Of a DNA stretch of 64,000 bases, positions 48,581 to 61,870 are shown in pieces. Numbering within the stretch: position 1 is the stretch's first letter; every line of letters begins with the position of its first letter. A program made the position numbers and the translations under genes. This DNA is from Pristiophorus japonicus (Eukaryota): NCBI RefSeq assembly GCF_044704955.1, contig NC_091979.1, positions 317,936,001 to 318,000,000 on the forward strand, written 5' to 3'. The notes below the pieces were generated by a model, which saw only the letters and a program-made list of their open reading frames with translations, did no database searches and was not told the DNA's origin.

Positions 48581-50289
48581 TAGTTCCGGTCCGAGGGGGA
48601 CTCTGAGGCGCAACCCCTGACTCATGTGTAGGAATACCTCTTGGCCCTGATGGATGCACAAGTGGGTGAGGCTGATCCCCCTTGGTACAGTGACGGTATG
48701 TTGAGTTCCTTTACAGCCTCCAGCAGGCCACTCAGCCCTGACAGCACAATTCTTCACCACGTTCCTGAGATGAGCATTTCCGAACATCTCTCCCATCCTG
48801 GCCCCCTCACCTGTAGGTAACCACTCTTCTCTGGCTTTGTACTTTCCGATGGCGACTCAGATGGCCAGGGGCCTGCACGTCAGCCTTCCACTGCTGGTGG
48901 TGGTGGAGAGGAGGAGGAGGCGAAGGACACCTCTCTGGATGTGACCGAGGATCCAGCGTCCTCAGAGAGCAGTGCCAGCAGCTTTTTGACGGAAGGCGTG
49001 GTCGGTGAGATTGAGGTGGGTGATGCTTCGGGACCCAGTGGCCTACAGCAGTGCCATGGGGGAGGGGAAAACAGGGGGCCAGCTCCCCGGAGGGTGAGTG
49101 TGCACCTGAGTGATACTCAGCAGCACTCTGATGATGAGCCCAAATTAGAGGATGTTGCAAGACAGTCATTGTGGATGCACAGTGATCTGCTGGGTGTATT
49201 GGCAAGGGTGTCCGAGAGTCTCAATGCAATAGCTGTGAAGATGGAGGAGCCTGCCTCAACTTATACACATGTCTCTCAGAGCCCATGGAGTCCATCATTG
49301 GTCGACATCAACAGATGTTGGATGCTTCCAGTGAGCATGGGGTCCCAGACATGGTGGGACGGGCTATGGCTGAGGTGGCAGTAGCGATTGAGCACCAGGC
49401 CGATGCTATGGTAGATCTGCATACTATCATGCTGTCAGTATGTGGTGGCATCAATCAGCTCTGTAATGTGCTGCAGATGCTGATGCAGAGCCAACTTGAT
49501 GCCACGTAGCCACTGACTGCTGCCATCGTGTCTGCGGCCCCATCAGTTCAACAGGGACCTCATGTTGCCGAAGCAGGGCAGCAATCTGTTCTCACCCAGG
49601 TTGCTCCAGATGCTGAGGGAGTGTTGGGCCTTTTGCAATTTGATGTCCTCTCATAATTCTGCACTTGCCCCTGCCGCTCTCTGCAACCCATCCACCACAG
49701 TGTGCTGCTGTCCATGCTGCGGTGATGTAGTCTGCATGGGCCCGAGCTGGTGCAGCACGTCCTGCTAGGCCATCAGCTGTGGCAGCGGTGTCACTTAAGC
49801 GTCCTTCTACAAGCCTTACTGCGGGCACTGAGACCCTATTGAGGAGGAGCAGTAGGCGTGGGAGGGGGAGAAGTGAATGAGTGGAAAAACACGAAGAAAG
49901 ATCTACTAAAAATGTGTGTGCTAATGGCCAGAGATGGTGACCTTGCTCAAATATGAACTCATGTAAATAGTTGCACTTGGATGAGCCACTAAAGAATTAT
50001 GTGATCGTGGCCAGAGATGCTGTCCTTGTTTGAATATGAATTAATCTAAATAGTTGCACGTGGATGTGGGTGAGAATGTTTCAAGTGGTCTGATTTCAAT
50101 TATTCTTTGCTGTGGATGATGGCATCCTTTTGTGCTTCTTTACAGCACACTGTGGTTTTTGTTGTCACACTCCTGACTTGCCATTTATATACACAGAAGC
50201 TGGGCGGGTGGGGCGCGATGTCTTCAGCAGATCGGCAGGTGAAGTAGACTGGCCATTCGGCACATCTTGTGTCATTCACTGGAATCGAT

Positions 50290-51480
50290 GCGCGATGAAT
50301 CTCTGACGAGCAGTCTTTGCAGCCACAACAGTGTCAGGCTGCCTCCTCAGCACTTTGTCGTCCTCCTTATCATCATTGTCCTCCTGAGGTGGAGCTGCCA
50401 TCTCTTTTGGTAATGGCTAGCCCAACATGATGGCCAGGTTGTGCAGTATGCAGCACACAACAGTGAAGATGGACACTCTGTCAGGTGAGTACTGAAATGC
50501 CCCTCCAGAACGCTCAAGGCAGTGAAAACGTTGCTACAGAAACCTGATACTTTGCTCTCGAATGGTCCTGGTTGTGATATGACTGCTGTTGGAGCGCTGC
50601 TCGGCTGGTGTGGTGGGATTGCGGGCAAAAGCACGTTCCAAAAGGCCTGACCCACTGCTACTCACCCGGGGCAGAGCCTCAGCATCTGGTGTCATCAGCC
50701 AGGTGGCGAGACCATATCCTTTGTCGCCGATGAGCCAGCCACACCATTCATGCGATAGCTGGAACAGTCAGGACACACTGCGCTCCTGCAGGATGAAGGC
50801 ATCGTGGCAGCTGCCAGGATAGCGTGCATTGATACAGCGAGGATCATCTGCCTGTGATCGCAGACCAGCTGAACGTTGAGGGAGTGGTCGCCCTTTCGAT
50901 AGCGGAACACCTCTCCATTGTGAGGCGGGGCCCTCAATGCCACATGCATACTGTCAATGGCCCCCTGAATCATGGGGAAGCCCGCTATCCTGGCAAAGCC
51001 ATGGGGCCGCTCATCCTGGCTCTCCCTGGACATACTGAACTTTATGTAGACCATTCATCGGCTGCAGAGAGTGCAGACACCTGGCGAATGCGGCAATGTA
51101 CTGCAAACTGCGAGATGTTGCAGATATCGCCGACAGGAGACTGGAAGGAGCTGGTAGCATAGAATTGGAGGGCAACTGTCATTTTCACTGCTATTGACAG
51201 CGAGGTCCTGGTGCCAATGTCAGCTTCGAGTTATGTCTGCAGGAGGTGGTAGAGCTCAGTAACGACCTCCTTCCGGAACCGCAGTCTTTTTATGTACAGC
51301 TCCTCGGACATATCCAGGTAAGAATAATGCACACGGTAACCCCTGCGTCTCTACGGTCTCTTGCCCTGACATCTGGGGCCTCTCCTCTGGCATGGACCCA
51401 CATTGGCCGGAAGCTGTCTCTGTAGCCGGTGCCTTGGAAATATTCACTGCAGGACGAAGTTGTGTGCCATCACTGCCCCC
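50290..51480 (-). pseudogene. Harbinger transposase (HARBI1-like), disrupted
   Basis: AGFPMIQGAIDSMHV, RKGDHSLNVQLVCD, PGSCHDAFIL and GDKGY motifs, with frameshifts. Confidence 0.9.
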
Positions 51481-52186
51481 ATTAATTTGCAGAAGTTAGC
51501 CGCGATATGGTAGTTGCAAATGGATCCAACCTCAAACCCACCAATGTTTGCGAAATGCTCGTTGTGAAGCTGAGTAGTCGCAGCACACCAACACCTACAC
51601 ACTCTGCGAGGAGAGAACGCAACACTGACCGCGACCTCTGTGGCCGGCTGCAACTCCCTTTAATTACTGCCCCTTGATTTACCTTGATTTGTGAATGGTA
51701 ACTTTTTTTGGCGTGTTCCCCGCCAGCCGGTAAGTGAGGCAGAAAAATGAATTTGGCGAGACCGGCACCAAGGAGGCATTGCACGCGTACTGATGTCAGG
51801 ATTTCCATGGCGGTAGTCGGCGAGGCGGAAAATCTTTGCACCCTTGAAGAAGCAGAACCGAATTTCCCATCAGGCAGCACCACCGTCTAACGCTGCCGCC
51901 GAGCCATTTACGCCCCATTGCCGCCTCTCCCAGGTGGTATCAGCTGGCGGTACAACCGAATTTCGACCCCTGAGATTTCGCGCCAGGCGCTAATGCTTTA
52001 GATTGCATGCAAAATTCATTCTCACTGCTCAAAGAAATGATTTGGGCGCTAAATCAAGTCTTAAAGGCCTAGTTCAGTGGTGTCACACTCACAGGGTGGA
52101 CGGATATCGGGTGCAGTCTAATCACAACTCATTATTGCCACAGGTTTTTGCCAGTACTTAAAGGGAAGGTTCTTTGATACTGCAGC

Positions 52187-55100
52187 CAGGGACGGATTAA
52201 GAGTGCCTTGGGGCCCGGCTAGTATCCTGATCATGGGCCCCCTATTCCCATTCACATCCTGCAGTAAATGACATTCGTGAGCTAAGTCACAGGACACTAT
52301 ACTGAGTATGTATCCGGTCACGGTCAGGTCAGGTCTACGCCTCAGGTTATGTTCTCATTGCTACTATAACGACTCCCATTTAATATTTTATGTTTCCAAA
52401 TAATCAAACCGATACCTTGATGAAACCCTGTATAAACAGTAAACAACAACGCTTTAATTTAAAAAATCCTTACATTTTGAAACTAAATCGACAATGACAA
52501 CAATTTCGAATAAGACTGTGCAATTTTATTGGAAGACCATCATTTGTCATTGGCATTCTATTTTCTCCACAGAGGCAACTACCAGTGTGACATTACATTG
52601 GTCTTTTCCTAGATTTTTGTCGGCTAAGTTCGTCAATGATTTTTGAGAAGTCAAGTCCTCGCAGTACTTCGCTCTTAATTCTCACGATTGAAAGACTCTT
52701 AAGTCAATCTTGTCCCATTTGGTTCCAGACCTCATCCTTGATGCGTTTTAGTTTCGAGAAGGATTGGTCACCACTGCAATTTGATACCATCCTCGACAGG
52801 TATATCCGAAGAGCTATTTCAGTGTTAGAAAAGGTTTGGGTGAGGGCGTGTCTATTGAGCAATTGGTACATTCTCAGCTCTGATGGCTTCGTTTGTTTGA
52901 CACAACTTGAGGGTTGAAGCTCTGTTGAGGATGTCACCAAGTTAGAAAACTGGATGAATTAATTTTCAATCCTAGGTTCCAGATTGTTGGGATAGGAACA
53001 GGCAAGATTTGCTGTGGCTTGCTTGATCTCATAGTCGAGAGAGCGGCTAGCTTGGACAGGAATCCAAACTTACAGTTGATTTCCTTGTGTGCTTCAAGGT
53101 GATGTTTCAAGGTATTGATTAGTTGATCAATGATGACAAGGAACACTTCAGTTTTGAATTTCTCCTTGGGTGACAGCACAGTGTTTTCAGCGTCTCCATC
53201 GTCATAGTGGCGACTGCATACCCGAACGTGCCTCGGAGCTGAATTGTACTCATTCTGGCCACAGTTTAATCCCTCGGTCTTCGAAGTCCTCAAACTCTGT
53301 TCACCGTGTCTTGACAAAATCGACAAGGAACCCGAGTAAGGACATCATGACATTTAGATTCAAGCCGATCTCTTGAAGCGAGAGATTGGTCAGGTGAAAG
53401 CGCTTCAAGGCTGTGTTCCAAATAACAATGAGAATCGCTGAATCCAGGTCGCCCAGTTTGTCAAGGATCAACTGAGCTTCATTTCAGCATTCAACTTTCT
53501 GTTTCACCTCAGTTGCCAGGGATTCCAACACTTCACATATGGGAGTGTAATCTTTGAGCAGGGCTGACACTGCTTCATACCTCGCTGACCATCGAGTAGC
53601 AGAAAGCTGTTTGACGACAGACAGCCCTAAAAACTTTAGTTTTTCATAAAGCAGTCGCCAGCGATACGTTGATGCAGAGAGAAAAGTGTACAACTTTTGT
53701 ACAATGTCAAAAATCTGATGATCACTGGGCTGCGTTCGGCATTGTTTTTCCCCACAAGGTTGAGTGAGTGTGCTGTGCATGGTATAAACGTCGCATATGG
53801 GCATTGCTCTTTGATGATAATTTGGACACCAATGTATTTACCACTTGTATTTGAAGCATTATCATAAGATTGTCTGTGGCAATTTTGTACATCAATCCCA
53901 TTCTCATCCAGAAAGGCCAGTGTTATTTCTATTATTTATTGTGCAGTATGACCGATTATCGGCAACAACATGAGGAATCTTTCCTCAGGATCAGTCGGTA
54001 GAACATAGCGGACAACAAATGTCAGCTGATCTGAGTGTGTGGCATCTGGTGTTGAATCAACAGATACTGAATAGAACTTCACTGATTTCAATTCCTGGAT
54101 AATTGTCTCAAGTACTTTGCCACCCATCAGACTAATCAGTTCTTCACAAGTGGTGGAAGACAAGTATGAAGTATGTCCCTTGCCTTTGTTGACAAACTGC
54201 TTGATGTGTTCAGCAAGAAATGCATCGTCGTTTGCGAGATCCTCCAACACACCCAGATAATCACCATTTCTTGGAGACCCAACGATTTTGTCTCCACCTC
54301 GCAATGAAAGACCTCGTTCACAGAGAAATGTTATGACACAGACAGCCCGCTCTAGCACCTTGCGTCAGCACTGCAATTCATTTTCAAACTGGAAGACAAT
54401 ATGACCATCCACAAAACCAGTGCCTGCTTGTCCAGTGCACATTACTACCATGGCTTCTCTGTGCTGGTGGCTGTTTTTGTGAGATGAAATCGTCTCATCT
54501 CCATGCTTCCAGTCATTAAACCCATGAGTAAAGTAGTTACTTGTTCGTGCTGTGACCTTGCAAACAAAGCAGTATACACTACCGTTTGAAGGTGACTAAC
54601 AGAGCCACATTCACTCCACATGTTCCCCTGTCAGTTGGTGCACACGTGTGAAGAAGGACTTCGAGCAGTATCAGCGACATCCTTCCTTGGCATGAATCAC
54701 ACCGGAGTTTTGGAAGTCTTTATCACAGTTTCGGTGGTCCTCACTACCTTTTGCAACCCAATGGCTTTACATGTCTTCTGAGATATTGTCTCCCCACAGC
54801 CCAATGTCGCTCGTAAGTTGCGTCTCTTTCAGCTCAGTATGCGCCAGTTGGTTGTCATCTTCTTCAACTTTTTAGACTTGGAGCTCCAACTCGCCCAACT
54901 CCGAGTCTGGTGCCACGAGTGGTTTCATTGTTGAACTTAACTGCACAGCATCATCTTGGCCTTCATCTTCATGATCTTGAGGTTTTAGTTGGAAAAAATT
55001 ATCTAGTTTAAGCAGTTTAGCTACTTCTCGTCTCTTTTGCTCCTTGCGTAGCTAGTGTTCTTTCCTTTTTTTAACCTAGATTTGTGTGTAGAATGCATCT

Positions 55101-57413
55101 CTAGAAAAAGGGCATCTAGAGGCTGTTTACATCAAGTCGACAATAACATGCGTCTGAGCCCTCGTGGCTTCGCTTCGCTCTTGCTACATCACTTACCTCA
55201 ATACTGTTTACCCTTACACTTAATCCCACCCTGTATGGGCCCCACTCTCGGCTTGGGCCCCACTCTAGGCTTGGGCACCACTCTAGGCTTGGGCCCCACT
55301 CTAGGCTTGGGCCCCACTCTCGGCTTGGGCCCCACTCTAGGCTTGGGCCCCACTCTAGGCTTGGGCCCCACTCTAGGCTTGGGCACCACTCTAGGCTTGG
55401 GCCCCACTCTAGGCTTGGGCCCCACTCTAGGCTTGGGCCCCACTCTAGTGTAGGCTTGGGCACCACTCTAGGCTTGGGCCCCACTCTAGGTTGGGCCCCG
55501 CTCTAGTGTAGGCTTGGGCCCCACTCTAGGCTTGGGCCCCACTCTAGGCTTGGGCCCCACTCTAGGCTTGGGCCCCACTCTCGGCTTAAGCCCCACTCTA
55601 GGCTTGGGCCCCACTCTAGGCTTAAGCCCCACTCTAGGCTTGGGCCCCACTCTAGGCTTGGGCCCCACTCTAGGCTTGGGCCCCACTCTAGGCTTGGGCA
55701 CCACTCTAGGCTTGGGCCCCACTCTAGGCTTGGGCTCCACTCTAGGCTTGGACCCCATGCTCGGCTTGGGCCCCACTCTAGGCTTGGGCCCCACTCTAGG
55801 CTTGGGCCCCACTCTAGGCTTGGGCCCCACTCTAGGCTTGGGCACCACTCTAGGCTTGGGCCCCACTCTAGGCTTGGGCCCCACTCTAGGCTTGGGCACC
55901 ACTCTAGGCTTGGGCCCCACTCTAGGCTTGGGCCCCACTCTAGGCTTGAGCCCCACTCTAGGCTTGGGCCCCACTCTAGGCTTGGGTCCCACTCTAGGCT
56001 TGGGCCCCACTCTAGGCTTGGGCCCCACTCTAGGCTTGGGCCCCACTCTCGGCTTGGGCCCCACTCTCGGCTTGGGCCCCACTCTAGGCTTGGGCCCCAC
56101 TCTAGGCTTGGGCCCCACTCTAGGCTTGGGCACCACTCTAGGCTTGGGCCCCACTCTAGGCTTGGGCTCCACTCTAGGCTTGGACCCCATGCTCGGCTTG
56201 GGCCCCACTCTAGGCTTGGGCCCCACTCTAGGCTTGGGCCCCACTCTAGGCTTGGGCCCCACTCTAGGCTTGGGCACCACTCTAGGCTTGGGCCCCACTC
56301 TAGGCTTGGGCCCCACTCTAGGCTTGGACACCACTCTAGGCTTGGGCCCCACTCTAGGCTTGGGCCCCACTCTAGGCTTGAGCCCCACTCTAGGCTTGGG
56401 CCCCACTCTAGGCTTGGGTCCCACTCTAGGCTTGGGCCCCACTCTAGGCTTGGGCCCCACTCTAGGCTTGGGCCCCACTCTCGGCTTGGGCCCCACTCTA
56501 GGCTTGGGCCCCACTCTAGGCTTGGGCCCCACTCTAGTCTTGACCCCACTCTAGGCTTGGGCCCCACTCTAGGCTTGGGCACCACTCTAGGCTTGGGTCC
56601 CACTCTAGGCTTGAGCCCCACTCTAGGCTTGGGCCCCAGTGTAGGCTTGGGCCCCACTCTAGGCTTGAGCCGCACTCTAGGCTTGGGCCCCACTCTAGGC
56701 TTGGGCACCACTCTAGTCTTGACCCCACTCTAGGCTTGGGCCCCACTCTAGGCTTGGGCACCACTCTAGGCGTGGGCCCCACTTTAGGCTTGAGCCCCAC
56801 TCTAGGCTTGGGCCCCAGTGTAGGCTTGGGCCCCACTCTAGGCTTGAGCCGCACTCTAGGCTTGGGCCCCACTCTAGGCTTGGGCCCCACTCTAGGCTTG
56901 GGCACCACTCTAGGCTTGGGTACCACTCTAGGCTTGGGCCCCACTCTAGGCTTGGGCCCCACTCTAGGCTTGGGCACCACTCTAGGCGTGGGCCCCACTA
57001 TAGGCTTGAGCCCCACTCTAGGCTTGGGCCCCAGTGTAGGCTTGGGCCCCACTCTAGGCTTGAGCCGCACTCTAGGCTTGGGCCCCACTCTAGGCTTGGG
57101 CCCCACTCTAGGCTTGGGCACCACTCTAGGCTTGGGTACCACTCTAGGCTTGGGCCCCACTCTAGGCTTGGGCCCCACTCTAGGCTTGGGTACCACTCTA
57201 GGCTTGGGCCCCACTCTAGGCTTGGGCCCCACTCTAGGCTTGGGCACCACTCTAGGCTTGGGCACCACTCTAGGCTTGGGCCCCACTCTAGGCTTGGGCC
57301 CCACTCTAGGCTTGGGCCCCACTCTAGGCTTGGGCCCCACTCTAGGCTTGGGCCCCACTCTAGGCTTGGGCCCTAGGCAACTGCCCCATTTGTCTCCCCT
57401 TCATTTGTCCCTG
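52187..57413 (-). mobile_element. hAT DNA transposon (ZMYM1-like transposase), degenerate
   Basis: CAGGGAC termini in inverted orientation. 8-bp flanks ACTGCAGC / ACCACACC. Transposase fragments FYSVSVDSTPDATHSDQL, LSATRWSAR and SFSKLKRIK at about 52600-55100. Confidence 0.88.
55237..57373. repeat. 18-bp minisatellite (GGGCCCCACTCTAGGCTT)n, ~118 copies
   Basis: Direct tandem periodicity, within the hAT subterminal region. Confidence 0.97.
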
Positions 57414-57780
57414 ACCACACCAGCACATTCTCAGCATTGCTGGCTGTGCAGCTGCCTCACAAGGAGAAGCACAACAAGGAGAGGGAGTTGGAGGTCTGAA
57501 GCAGGTGTGCTGATGGCACATCCACCTCAGTCGGGTGGTCAGGGTGATTGAATACTTCAACAAATGCTACATACCACCATCTGTACCACAAGCTTCACAC
57601 ACTGCCCAAAGGACCAGACTCCTAGCACTTACCAACCAACAATCTCCACCTACTAACACTCACACCCACATCTCACGCCTTGCAGACAATGACAGCTATT
57701 TAACTATGGCAGGCACAAGGGTCATTAGTTATTCGAATGAATGTGATATGTGTGATATGTTTACGCGCAAATTTATTAAT

Positions 57781-58713
57781 GATGACACTAAGTTGGGTGG
57801 CAGTGTGAGCTGCGAGGAGGATGCTATTAGGCTGCAGAGTGACTTGGATAGGTTAGGTGAGTGGGCAAATGCATGGCAGATGAAGTATAATGTGGATAAA
57901 TGTGAGGTTATCCACTTTGGTGGTAAAAACAGAGAGACAGACTATTATCTGAATGGTGACAGATTAGGAAAAGGGAAGGTGCAACGAGACCTGGGTGTCA
58001 TGGTACATCAGTCATTGAAGGTTAGCATGCAGGTACAGCAGGCGGTTAAGAAAGCAAATGGCATGTTGGCCTTCATAGCGAGGGGATTTGAATACAGGGG
58101 CAGGGAGGTGTTGCTACAGTTGTACAGGGCCTTGGTGAGGCCACACCTGGAGTATTGTGTACAGTTTTGGTCTCCTAACTTGAGGAAGGACATTCTTGCT
58201 ATTGAGGGAGTGCAGCGAAGATTCAGCAGACTGATTCCCGGGATGGTGGGACTGACCTATCAAGAAAGACTGGATCAACTGGGCTTGTATTCACTGGAGT
58301 TCAGAAGAATGAGAGGGGACCTCATGGAAACGTTTAAAATTCTGACGGGTTTAGACAGGTTAGATGCAGGAAGAATGTTCCCAATGTTGGGGAAGCCCAG
58401 AACCAGGGGTCACAGTCTGAGGATAAGGGGTAAGCCATTTAGGACCGAGATGAGGAGAAACTTCTTCACCCAGAGAGTGGTGAACCTGTGGAATTCTCTA
58501 CCACAGAAAGTAGTTGAGGCCAATTCACTAAATATATTGAAAAGGGAGTTAGATGAAGTCCTTACTACTCGGGGGATCAAGGGTTATGGCGAGAAAGCAG
58601 GAAGGGGTACTGAAGTTTCATGTTCAGCCATGAACTCATTGAATGGCGGTGCAGGCTAGAAGGGCTGAATGGCCTGCTCCTGCACCTATTTCCTATGTTT
58701 CTATGTTTCTATG
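57781..58713 (+). mobile_element. Young 5'-truncated CR1
   Basis: Runs from DDTKLGG through the C-terminus and tail; nearly identical to 19233-20150. Confidence 0.96.
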
Positions 58714-59409
58714 TTAATGGAGTTTGCAACATGTTGTGGTCTCTCTTATTTCACCCTTGTGCCCAGGAGGACGCTGTCATAGGGCAGGACACGGTGATGG
58801 TATGATGGACATGTGATGAGCAAAAGGTTTCTGGGGTTTAAGTCATCCTGGTGAGAGCCCTGATGCCCCTCCTCATCCCTGTGCGCACATGTTCCCACAT
58901 TTCTGGCTGCCTACGCTCTCTCCGCCGTAGACCCTGGAGGGCGAGGTGACATGTGTAGCAGTGTGGCAAATGTGGCAGTGTAAATCTGTGAACAATAAAT
59001 GTAGCCACTTTGCGAAACAATGCTGATAAAAATGAACCTTGAAATGACTCATACAAACTGATCCCCTGGTTGAAACTGACCAGAGACCTCAGAAACTAAC
59101 CTGCTGATAGGTGCGAGTGATTAATGCGGATGCCAGCATCCTGAAGCTGTGTGCCTCCTCTCCCTGTTACTGTCTGGTCCAGGTGCAAAGTTAAGCATCC
59201 ATAATGAATTTGGCAGATTGGGCGCTCGCTGATGTCACGATCTGCCTGGCGTTGAAGTCCCCGGCGGTACCTTGTACCGGCAGCGCAACGGAGGGTCCGG
59301 ATTTGCTGTGCACCGCGGGATTCGCCTCACCCCAGCGCTCCTGCATCAGTGCCCCATTACCACCCTCTGCAAGCGCTAACAGGAGGCACTAACCAACTGA
59401 ATGCTCCCC

Positions 59410-60300
59410 CCTCTGTTCCTTCCTGACATGCTGCTTGATTTTACCCAAATCACTACTCTGCTCTACAGCCTTGACTTTTGTCTTTAGAATTATAAATTTG
59501 CCCTTACCTGAACCTTCTCCCCATGCTGTCTTATTACTTTAAAGCTCTATCTAGCACCCTAGTTATTCAATTCTCCAGGACACTGGTCCCAGCCTGGATA
59601 ATGTGGAGTCCATCCCAATGGAATAGCTCCCTTTTAGCCCAGTACTGGTGCCAGTGCCCCATGAAACGAAACCCCTGACTCCTGCACCACTCTTTCAGCC
59701 ACGCATTTCACCTTCTAATCTTTTTGTCCCTGTGACAATTTGTACGTGACTCAGGTAGTAATCCAGAGATTATTTCCTTTGAGGTTATGCTTTTTAATCT
59801 CTCAACAGAACCTCATTCCTAGTTCATCCTATCTCCCCACATCAATGGCCTCCTGTAACACAGTGCCATGGTTAATTTGCCCATTCTCCCTGCAGTTTTT
59901 GTTCTTATCCACACAGGTAGCACGTACCTCATACCTGTTGGACAAGGACAAAGGCTGAAGTTCCTGCACCACTGCATATGAGGTCCCTTTACCTGCCTGA
60001 CTCGCAGGCACATCCTCCTGTACCTGACCAATAGCTAAATCTCAATCACTACTTGACATAATGGGTGTGACTGCCTCCTGGGTCAAAGTGTCCAGGTATC
60101 TCTCCCTCTCCTTGATACACCGCAATGTCTGCACCTCAGACTCCAGCTCAACAACTCTGAGCCAAAGTCCCTCAACATTTACCGCAGATGTGGTTGCCTG
60201 GGATCATGCTGCTCGCCTCAAACTCCCACATGCTGCAGATATTGCACACCTCCTCCACTGCCATCTCTATCCAACCCTTTTTTACTTTATTTAATGAATA
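59410..60300 (-). mobile_element. Degenerate CR1 ORF1 region
   Basis: QPLSLSNRYEV motif, plus an esterase-end remnant GFRFMGHWHQYW...DGLHI. Confidence 0.65.
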
Positions 60301-60380
60301 AGAGGTTTTATACAATAAATTCTCTTTCTTTTTTTTGTTATTTCAGAAGAATTAATTGATCTGGGGGCCAATTTTAATGA

Positions 60381-61870
60381 CTGCCGCTCACTGCCATCCA
60401 TTGCCATCCACTGCCTCTCACTGCCATCCACTGCCATCCACTGCCACCCACTGCCGCCCACTGCCATCCACTGCTGCTCACTGCCACCCACTGTCGCCCA
60501 CTGCTGCCCACTGCCACCCACTGCAATCCACTGCTGCCCACTGCAACCCACTGCCAACCACTGCCTCCCACTGCCTCCCACTGCCGCCCACTGCCACCCA
60601 CTGCCATCCACTGCCACCCACTGCCATCCACTGCAACCCACTGCCATCCACTGCTGCCCACTGCCACCCAGTGCCATCCACTGCCACCCACTGCCTCCCA
60701 CTGCCACCCACTGCCATCCACTGCCACCCACTGCCATCCACTGCCACCCACTGCCATCCACTCCCATCCACTGCCGCCCACTGCCATCCACTGCTGCCCA
60801 AGGCCACCCACTGCCATCCAGTCCCATCCACTGCCATCCACTGCCACCCACTGCCGCCCACTGCCATCCACTGCCATCCACTGCCGCCCACTGCCACCCA
60901 CTGCTGCCCACTGCCATCCACTGCCATCCACTGTCACCCACTGCCATCCACTGCCGCCCACTGCCACCCACTGCCATCCACTACCACCCACTGCAACCCA
61001 CTGCCATCCACTGCCGCCCACTGCAATCTACTGCCGCCCACTGCAACCCACTGCCATCCACTGCTGCCCACTGCCACCCACTGCCATCCACTGCTGCCCA
61101 CTGCCACCCACTGCCATCCACTGCCTCCCACTGCCATCCACTGCCACCCACTGCCTCCCACTGCCACCCAGTGCCATCCACTGCCACCCACTGCCTCCCA
61201 CTGCCACCCACTGCCATCCACTGCCACCCACTGCCATCCACTGCCACCCACTGCCATCCACTCCCATCCACTGCCGCCCACTGCCATCCACTGCTGCCCA
61301 AGGCCACCCACTGCCATCCAGTCCCATCCACTGCCATCCACTGCCACCCACTGCCGCCCACTGCCATCCACTGCCATCCACTGCCGCCCACTGCCACCCA
61401 CTGCCGCCCACTGCCATCCACTGCCATCCACTGTCACCCACTGCCATCCACTGCCGCCCACTGCCACCCACTGCCATCCACTACCACCCACTGCAACCCA
61501 CTGCCATCCACTGCCGCCCACTGCCACCCACTGCAATCTACTGCCGCCCACTGCAACCCACTGCCATCCACTGCTGCCCACTGCCACCCACTGCCATCCA
61601 CTGCTGCCCACTGCCACCCACTGCCATCCACTGCCTCCCACTGCCATCCACTGCCACCCACTGCCTCCCACTGCCACCCACTGCCATCCACTGCCGCCCA
61701 CTGCCACCCACTGCCATCCACTGCCGCCCACTGCAACCTACTGCCATCCACTGCCATCCACTGCTGCCCACTGCCACCCACTGCCTCCCACTGCCACCCA
61801 CTGCCATCCACTGCCGCCCACTGCCATCCACTGCCATCCACTGCCTCCCACTGCCGCCCACTGCTGCCAA
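60381..61870. repeat. 10-bp satellite (CTGCCAYCCA)n, ~149 copies, within a GC-rich MITE-like element (~60364-62449)
   Basis: Strict 10-nt periodicity; imperfect GGGGC..AATTT termini flank the element. Confidence 0.95.

Larger units (their letters stand above)
40003..51970. mobile_element. Full-length PIF/Harbinger transposon carrying nested CR1s and a satellite
   Basis: Perfect 16-bp TIRs GGGGTCGAAATTCGGT / ACCGAATTTCGACCCC with a TGA TSD on both sides. Myb/SANT gene on plus (from ~40340) and HARBI1-like nuclease on minus (~50290-51480). Confidence 0.93.

Noticed and set aside
55055-57551. Long repetitive ORFs (VGPKPR, LGLGPT, EWGPSL)
   Set aside because: These are translations of an 18-bp repeat that is open in several frames on both strands.
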